From contig JAFTXE010000125.1 of assembly GCA_017461745.1 (NCBI GenBank), positions 1 through 62,728 on the forward strand: 62,728 bases of DNA, in the 5' to 3' direction. The notes beneath the pieces are model-generated. The model made no database searches. It saw nothing but the letters and a program-made list of their open reading frames with translations, and was not told where the DNA came from. Made by a program: the position numbers and the translations under genes. Of the stretch, positions 58,444-62,728 are shown piece by piece (position 1 is the first letter of the stretch; every line of letters begins with the position of its first letter). The DNA comes from Clostridia bacterium. Lineage in GTDB: Bacteria > Bacillota > Clostridia > Oscillospirales > CAG-272.

Positions 58444-58943
58444 ATACCTCCCATTCCCATATCCGGACCGAGCCTGTCGCTGAATTCATCTTCATTGTCT
58501 ATGAAGTAATCATCACCGCTGTGCCAGAAGCTGACGTACATTTCTCCGTCGGATATTTCTATTGCGCGTTGCTCAAAGCCCTCGCCAAGACCGTCTGAAT
58601 TTTGTCCGCTTACCCAGTCCTTGAATGTTTCTTCTTCCTCATCGGTAAAGTAGTCCGTAAGCGTCGCTGTGATGCATCCGTACAGCGTACCGTCAACGGA
58701 CTCGACATCCCATTTGACCTCTTTCAGCTTATGGATATTCTTGTGGTCGGCATTAAAATATTCAGCCATATCCAAGTCGTCGCAATATTCGGTCAGGCGT
58801 TCACGAATCTCATATTCATAGCTGTCGGCAAATCTTCCGTCAAGCTCGTATGAGTCCGACTCATCAATATCTCCGTATTCGTTTTCTTCATAAACGAGAA
58901 CCTTTAATGGGCAGTAGTATTTCATTTCAACTGTGTTGCTCAT
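58440..58943 (-). CDS. Highly acidic mobile-element protein
   Basis: DWVSGQNSDGLGEGFEQR motif. Confidence 0.65.
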   Translation of the reverse strand: MSNTVEMKYYCPLKVLVYEENEYGDIDESDSYELDGRFADSYEYEIRERLTEYCDDLDMAEYFNADHKNIHKLKEVKWDVESVDGTLYGCITATLTDYFTDEEEETFKDWVSGQNSDGLGEGFEQRAIEISDGEMYVSFWHSGDDYFIDNEDEFSDRLGPDMGMGGM

Positions 58944-60088
58944 AAGCTCATCTCTCCCATTCCTTGTTCGTTGCAGTCAAGTATATCCGATAGCCTCATA
59001 TCGCAGTCAAGTCCGACAAATCCATAATTATCTACGTATTCGCCGTTCTTGTCTCTGTATACGTCCTTACCGTATTCCTCAAAATCGATATAATCCTGAA
59101 GCTCGGGAGAGTAGGTGTACTCATCGACCTTGTCTATCCAATATTCTCCAAGCTCGTAATCGTCGTACACGTCTTTGGCAAATACGAATACATCAAGGCT
59201 TTGCGCTATAACTATGACCGAGTCGGCATCATTAACGTCTGCATAGCATATAGCGGCGGCAAGATTTCTCGGATCGTCGCAGTTATCTATTTCCTTCGCT
59301 ACGAGATTGGCTTTGTATAAGCCTTCGTTTTCGATGATATCGTGAAGCAGATTTGATAAGGTTTCCTCACTCAAGTCGGTTATTTCCATGCGGACAGAGC
59401 ATTCGTCTATGCTACTGCATCCCAATCTTTTTATCGCCTTTGTGATTGCTCTGTATTCTTCGGGAAGGTACAGACACTCTGTCTGCTCACCGTGTTCGAG
59501 ATATATGGTCGCAATACAAGGGCGGTATTGGTATTCGGGAAAGGCAGTACTGTTATACACGGTTTCATACGGAATGTCCTCGTTTATAAAAACAAGACCG
59601 AACTCTGAAGCAAGACCTTTTCCGCTGCATATAAGCTCCTTGCCGACCTCTGCCATTCGGGGAGATTTTGTCTCGTCTGCAGTCAAAAGCTCTCCCTTGT
59701 TCAGCAGATGGGTAACTCCGACCTTTTGCAGATTTGTCATGTCACGGATAAGGGTGTACCTTTGAAGATTGAAGGTAAGGTTTACAAGGTCACGGGGTGT
59801 CAGATGATCCTCGAAGCGAGAGGCTGCGAGAAACTGATAATACTCTTGTCCCGAGAAGCTGTCCATTCGCTTGGCAAGATAGTTTATCTCATCGAGGTCT
59901 ACGGATTTGCCCTCAAAGAAATCCTTTAGCTCGACAGGCTCCAGAACCTTCTCAACTAAAAAAGGATCACCTTCGTGATCCGTGGCGTGAAGCTCAGCGA
60001 GCTTGGCATATAGAGGACTTTCTTCAATAGGGAACTCGATGTCGATACAGGTATCGTTGTGCTTGATTCTTAATACTATTTCTGTCAT
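58940..60088 (-). CDS. ArdA-like anti-restriction candidate
   Basis: Acidic; DEINYLAKRM repeat unit; C-terminal ELGEY...YIDFEEYGKD...GFV resembling ArdA. Confidence 0.6.
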   Translation of the reverse strand: MTEIVLRIKHNDTCIDIEFPIEESPLYAKLAELHATDHEGDPFLVEKVLEPVELKDFFEGKSVDLDEINYLAKRMDSFSGQEYYQFLAASRFEDHLTPRDLVNLTFNLQRYTLIRDMTNLQKVGVTHLLNKGELLTADETKSPRMAEVGKELICSGKGLASEFGLVFINEDIPYETVYNSTAFPEYQYRPCIATIYLEHGEQTECLYLPEEYRAITKAIKRLGCSSIDECSVRMEITDLSEETLSNLLHDIIENEGLYKANLVAKEIDNCDDPRNLAAAICYADVNDADSVIVIAQSLDVFVFAKDVYDDYELGEYWIDKVDEYTYSPELQDYIDFEEYGKDVYRDKNGEYVDNYGFVGLDCDMRLSDILDCNEQGMGEMSL

Positions 60089-60138
60089 TGTTTTTCCTTT
60101 CTGTTTTTGTTTATTTGGGGAGGTGAGCGGGCTTTCAT
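60085..60138 (-). CDS. 17-aa leader ORF MKARSPPQINKNRKEKQ
   Basis: AAAGGAG RBS; its stop overlaps the next start (ATGA). Confidence 0.55.
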   Translation of the reverse strand: MKARSPPQINKNRKEKQ

Positions 60139-60263
60139 TTTTTCTCCTTTAGTGTTGACTTTTTGGCTCTTTTATGGTACAATAAAGCATACGGTTTTGA
60201 AATAAAAAAGCCCTTCGCTGTTTAGGCTATACTGCCCAAAATCTCGAAAGGCTTGTGAGAATC

Positions 60264-60291
60264 TGACCACTTTTGACCACAATTTTGACCA
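60264..60291 (+). repeat. Three TGACCA direct repeats; probable integrase arm-type sites
   Basis: TGACCAC-TTTTGACCAC-AA-TTTTGACCA, about 120 bp from the tRNA-derived att core. Confidence 0.6.
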
Positions 60292-60406
60292 GAGTTGGAA
60301 GCGGAGCAGATGGAAATAATGGAATTATCGGGGCAAAAAAGGGTTTTAATCGGACAAAAACGGGCTAAAAAGAGCGTTTACCACCTAAAAAATGTTAATT
60401 CGGTTC

Positions 60407-60451
60407 TTTGGGACGTCGATGCCGCAGGTTCGAATCCTGTCACTCCGACCA
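60407..60451 (+). tRNA. 3' half of tRNA-Pro(UGG); att-site duplication, not an intact gene
   Basis: TTTGGGA anticodon loop, T arm GCAGG-TTCGAAT-CCTGT, acceptor strand CACTCCG-ACCA; the 5' half is absent. Confidence 0.85.
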
Positions 60452-60471
60452 AAATTTGTGCTTTATGCACT

Positions 60472-60510
60472 AAAAATCAGTCCTTTTCGCAAGATCGGGA
60501 CTGATTTTTT
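60472..60510 (+). terminator. Terminator following the tRNA 3' fragment
   Basis: AAAATCAGTCC/GGACTGATTTT stem plus T tract. Confidence 0.75.
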
Positions 60511-60731
60511 GTTTATTATCTCCAAAGCGTTCGCTTGTCAAAAGACCACATTTTTTTACAAAACGCTTTCTTTCGACACAGGACACCGGTTTTGCAGATT
60601 TTTAAGCTATTTTTGAAGTGTTTTTTGAAAATCCCTTTTCTTTGCTTTCTGCGACTCAAATTTTGAGGGCTGACAGATTGATTTCTGCCAGCCCTCTCTC
60701 TATATCATCATCCCGACAAATTGGAATTTGA

Positions 60732-61517
60732 TCAATTCTTTTTGTATTCAAACAAGCGATACAGTTTTTTTGAGAAACCGCCTGCATAAAGCTTCGCAAA
60801 TATGAACCTTTCAAAACCTTTCAACTTGTCTATATATTTCTGCGGTATCATCGTGTGTTCTTTTACGAAAGCAAGCTTCTCGCTTTGATAAGATCGTGGG
60901 TTGTCTATACCGTAAACCTCTGTAACGCCTACGTCATTTATAGGGTTTCTTCGCTTTGACATTTTAGCGGCAAAAGAGGTATAGGCATCCACTAAAAGCA
61001 TAATGCTTTCAAAATGAGTGCAAAGGCTATCTGTTAAAGTTCGCATTTCATCTGTGGTCAAATACATACTCACGCCTTCCATAACGACGATGGCAGATTT
61101 CTTCTCCGGGATAGCTGTCAGCCAACCGCAATCTCTTGCATCGCCTGCAATCATTTTATAGTTATCCGTTTCGGCATAGTAGCGTTTTCTTTCTTCAATA
61201 ACTTCTGGAAAATCCACGTCATACCACTTGTGATCTCTATCTCCGACTCTTATGACGCGGCTATCCATTCCGCACCCGATGTGTATGACCACGGCATCCG
61301 ACGCATTTGACATTTGCTGCTTTACCCATTCATCAAATACGGCAGAACGAACTCCCATATAATAAGCAAGCCATTTGGATTTGGATTTACCCTTCAGCGA
61401 AAATCCTTCTGCCTCCCAAATCTCTTCGGCTTTTTTATCATCAAGGAACAAACCCTTCTTGCTCACGTAGGACTTACCGTATAAGGGGATGTATAGTGTT
61501 TTGTTTACGCTATTCAT
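60732..61517 (-). CDS. Class I SAM-dependent methyltransferase (LCM/TcmP-like)
   Basis: TLYIPLY, HIGCGMDSR, DVDFPEV, EGVSMYL. Confidence 0.85.
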   Translation of the reverse strand: MNSVNKTLYIPLYGKSYVSKKGLFLDDKKAEEIWEAEGFSLKGKSKSKWLAYYMGVRSAVFDEWVKQQMSNASDAVVIHIGCGMDSRVIRVGDRDHKWYDVDFPEVIEERKRYYAETDNYKMIAGDARDCGWLTAIPEKKSAIVVMEGVSMYLTTDEMRTLTDSLCTHFESIMLLVDAYTSFAAKMSKRRNPINDVGVTEVYGIDNPRSYQSEKLAFVKEHTMIPQKYIDKLKGFERFIFAKLYAGGFSKKLYRLFEYKKN

Positions 61518-61748
61518 ATATACTCCTGCAAATTCTTATTTATCGATGAGTTTATTATATCATATTTCTATGAATATTTCAATCGTTTACTTGACACATA
61601 TCTATATTTATGGTATAATAACTGCGTTGAATATTTGTCACCGGAGGCTGTGTACCGTAGTACCGTAATGCCGGATTAGGTGTCCAAGTGAGCTTGGGTT
61701 ATTGCATTTGCAAAGCTTGAGCTCTATTTTTATTTTCGGAGGTGTTTT

Positions 61749-62303
61749 ATGAAAAATACGAAGGTTACTCTTGTTCCGCTTACGGCAGACGACCGTGAGC
61801 AATTTATCATTGACAATCAATGGGCGTTTAAGTATGGCGCAATGATGGAGTTCGGTGAGCGTGACGACCATATGGATTTTGACGGTGAGATCATCTCTCG
61901 CAAAACCATCGAGCGTTGCATCGACTCGCCCGATAGCGAGACCTACCGCATCGTTTTGGATGGCAGACGAGTTGGAGGTGTTATTCTGAAAATCAACAAA
62001 GAAACGCATCACAACGAGCTGGAGATCCTGTTCGTTTCCCCCGAGGAGCACACCAAAGGCATTGGCTACGGCGCGTGGCAGGAGGTCGAGGCTCTGCACC
62101 CTGAAACGAAGGTTTGGGAGACCTGTACTCCCTATTTTGAAAAGCGCAATATTCATTTTTACGTAAACAAGTGCGGTTTTCAGATCGATCAATTTTGGTG
62201 CGAGTATTTTCAGCCAGAGCATGATATGCCCGATGCAGACGAGCGTGATTCCGATGAAGGCCCTGACGAAATGTTCCGTTTTATTAAGGTGATGAAGCCG
62301 TAA
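61749..62303 (+). CDS. GNAT-family N-acetyltransferase
   Basis: LFVSPEEHTKGIG, RNIHFYVNKCGF; promoter TTGACA-17 nt-TATAAT at 61591-61619. Confidence 0.88.
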   Translation: MKNTKVTLVPLTADDREQFIIDNQWAFKYGAMMEFGERDDHMDFDGEIISRKTIERCIDSPDSETYRIVLDGRRVGGVILKINKETHHNELEILFVSPEEHTKGIGYGAWQEVEALHPETKVWETCTPYFEKRNIHFYVNKCGFQIDQFWCEYFQPEHDMPDADERDSDEGPDEMFRFIKVMKP

Positions 62304-62494
62304 GGCTGTTTTCTTTGTTTCCTCTGACGCAAATTTTGAGGGCTGACGAGTATGTTTCGTCAGCCCTCTGTGCGTTTAAGCTTTAGCCGCTTTTTTCTTC
62401 TCGGCTGCGATTTCCGCTTTCATGGTTTTTATCAGCTCTGCGAGCTTTTCCTCGCATTCCTCTACACAAGCGGCAAGCCCTTTAGAATTTGTCT

Positions 62495-62728
62495 TTACTT
62501 CAACAGCGAAATTGCATCGCTGATATTTTTTTCATGTGCCTCGCGACCGTATTTATCAACCTCGGCTTTGTTCTTTTCTCCGTGGGTGAGGCATCCTGCA
62601 CCGCCGATACAACCACCGATACACGCCATACCCTCAATAAAGTTGCCGTCGAGAATACCCTTGTTCAGCTTGAGAAGTGCCATACGGCAGGCTTCAATAC
62701 CGTCACATACAACAGGCTTGATCTCAAA
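62495..62728 (-). CDS. C-terminus of an [FeFe]-hydrogenase-like/4Fe-4S protein (starts outside the window)
   Basis: FIEGMACIGGCIGGAGC motif. Confidence 0.8.
   Translation of the reverse strand, partial: FEIKPVVCDGIEACRMALLKLNKGILDGNFIEGMACIGGCIGGAGCLTHGEKNKAEVDKYGREAHEKNISDAISLLK

Larger units (their letters stand above)
10216..60451 (-). mobile_element. Integrative conjugative element (MobP3 relaxase, VirB4/VirD4 T4SS, Tad pilus); left end undefined
   Basis: Relaxase, coupling protein, VirB4 and integrase together, with a tRNA-derived att site at the right end. Confidence 0.88.

Noticed and set aside
60380-60451. Intact tRNA-Pro gene
   Set aside because: No D arm or 5' acceptor strand upstream of the anticodon loop.

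Overview
Low-GC, Clostridia-like DNA dominated by a large integrative conjugative element (ICE) whose backbone reads almost entirely on the minus strand (~10.2-60.1 kb). The backbone encodes a tyrosine recombinase, VirD4 coupling protein, Toprim/DUF3991 primase-like protein, MobP3-type relaxase, VirB2/B3/B4/B6-like mating-pair proteins and a monoderm-type Tad (Flp) pilus locus with two major and three adhesin-like pilins. It also carries two orphan DNA methyltransferases and many small acidic hypothetical proteins. The right boundary is the 3' half of a tRNA-Pro (60407-60451). No matching intact tRNA is visible in the window, so the phosphoesterase/solute-binding cluster at 1-8.7 kb may be cargo. 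Inserted modules are a group II intron (19906-22635), a DUF3990/XRE pair, a HipA-like kinase, a type I toxin-antitoxin-like locus plus RloAB, and a DUF4143 ATPase. The most striking unexplained pattern is that about 20 otherwise unrelated ICE proteins end in an acidic linker followed by a Met-rich tail (e.g. GMSM, MEMTM, MGGM, EPTLEM), while nearly all machinery and non-ICE proteins do not. This is a candidate translocation tag for a co-transferred protein payload. All family assignments come from reading motifs by eye, not from database searches; some start codons were adjusted from the ORF track using ribosome-binding sites.
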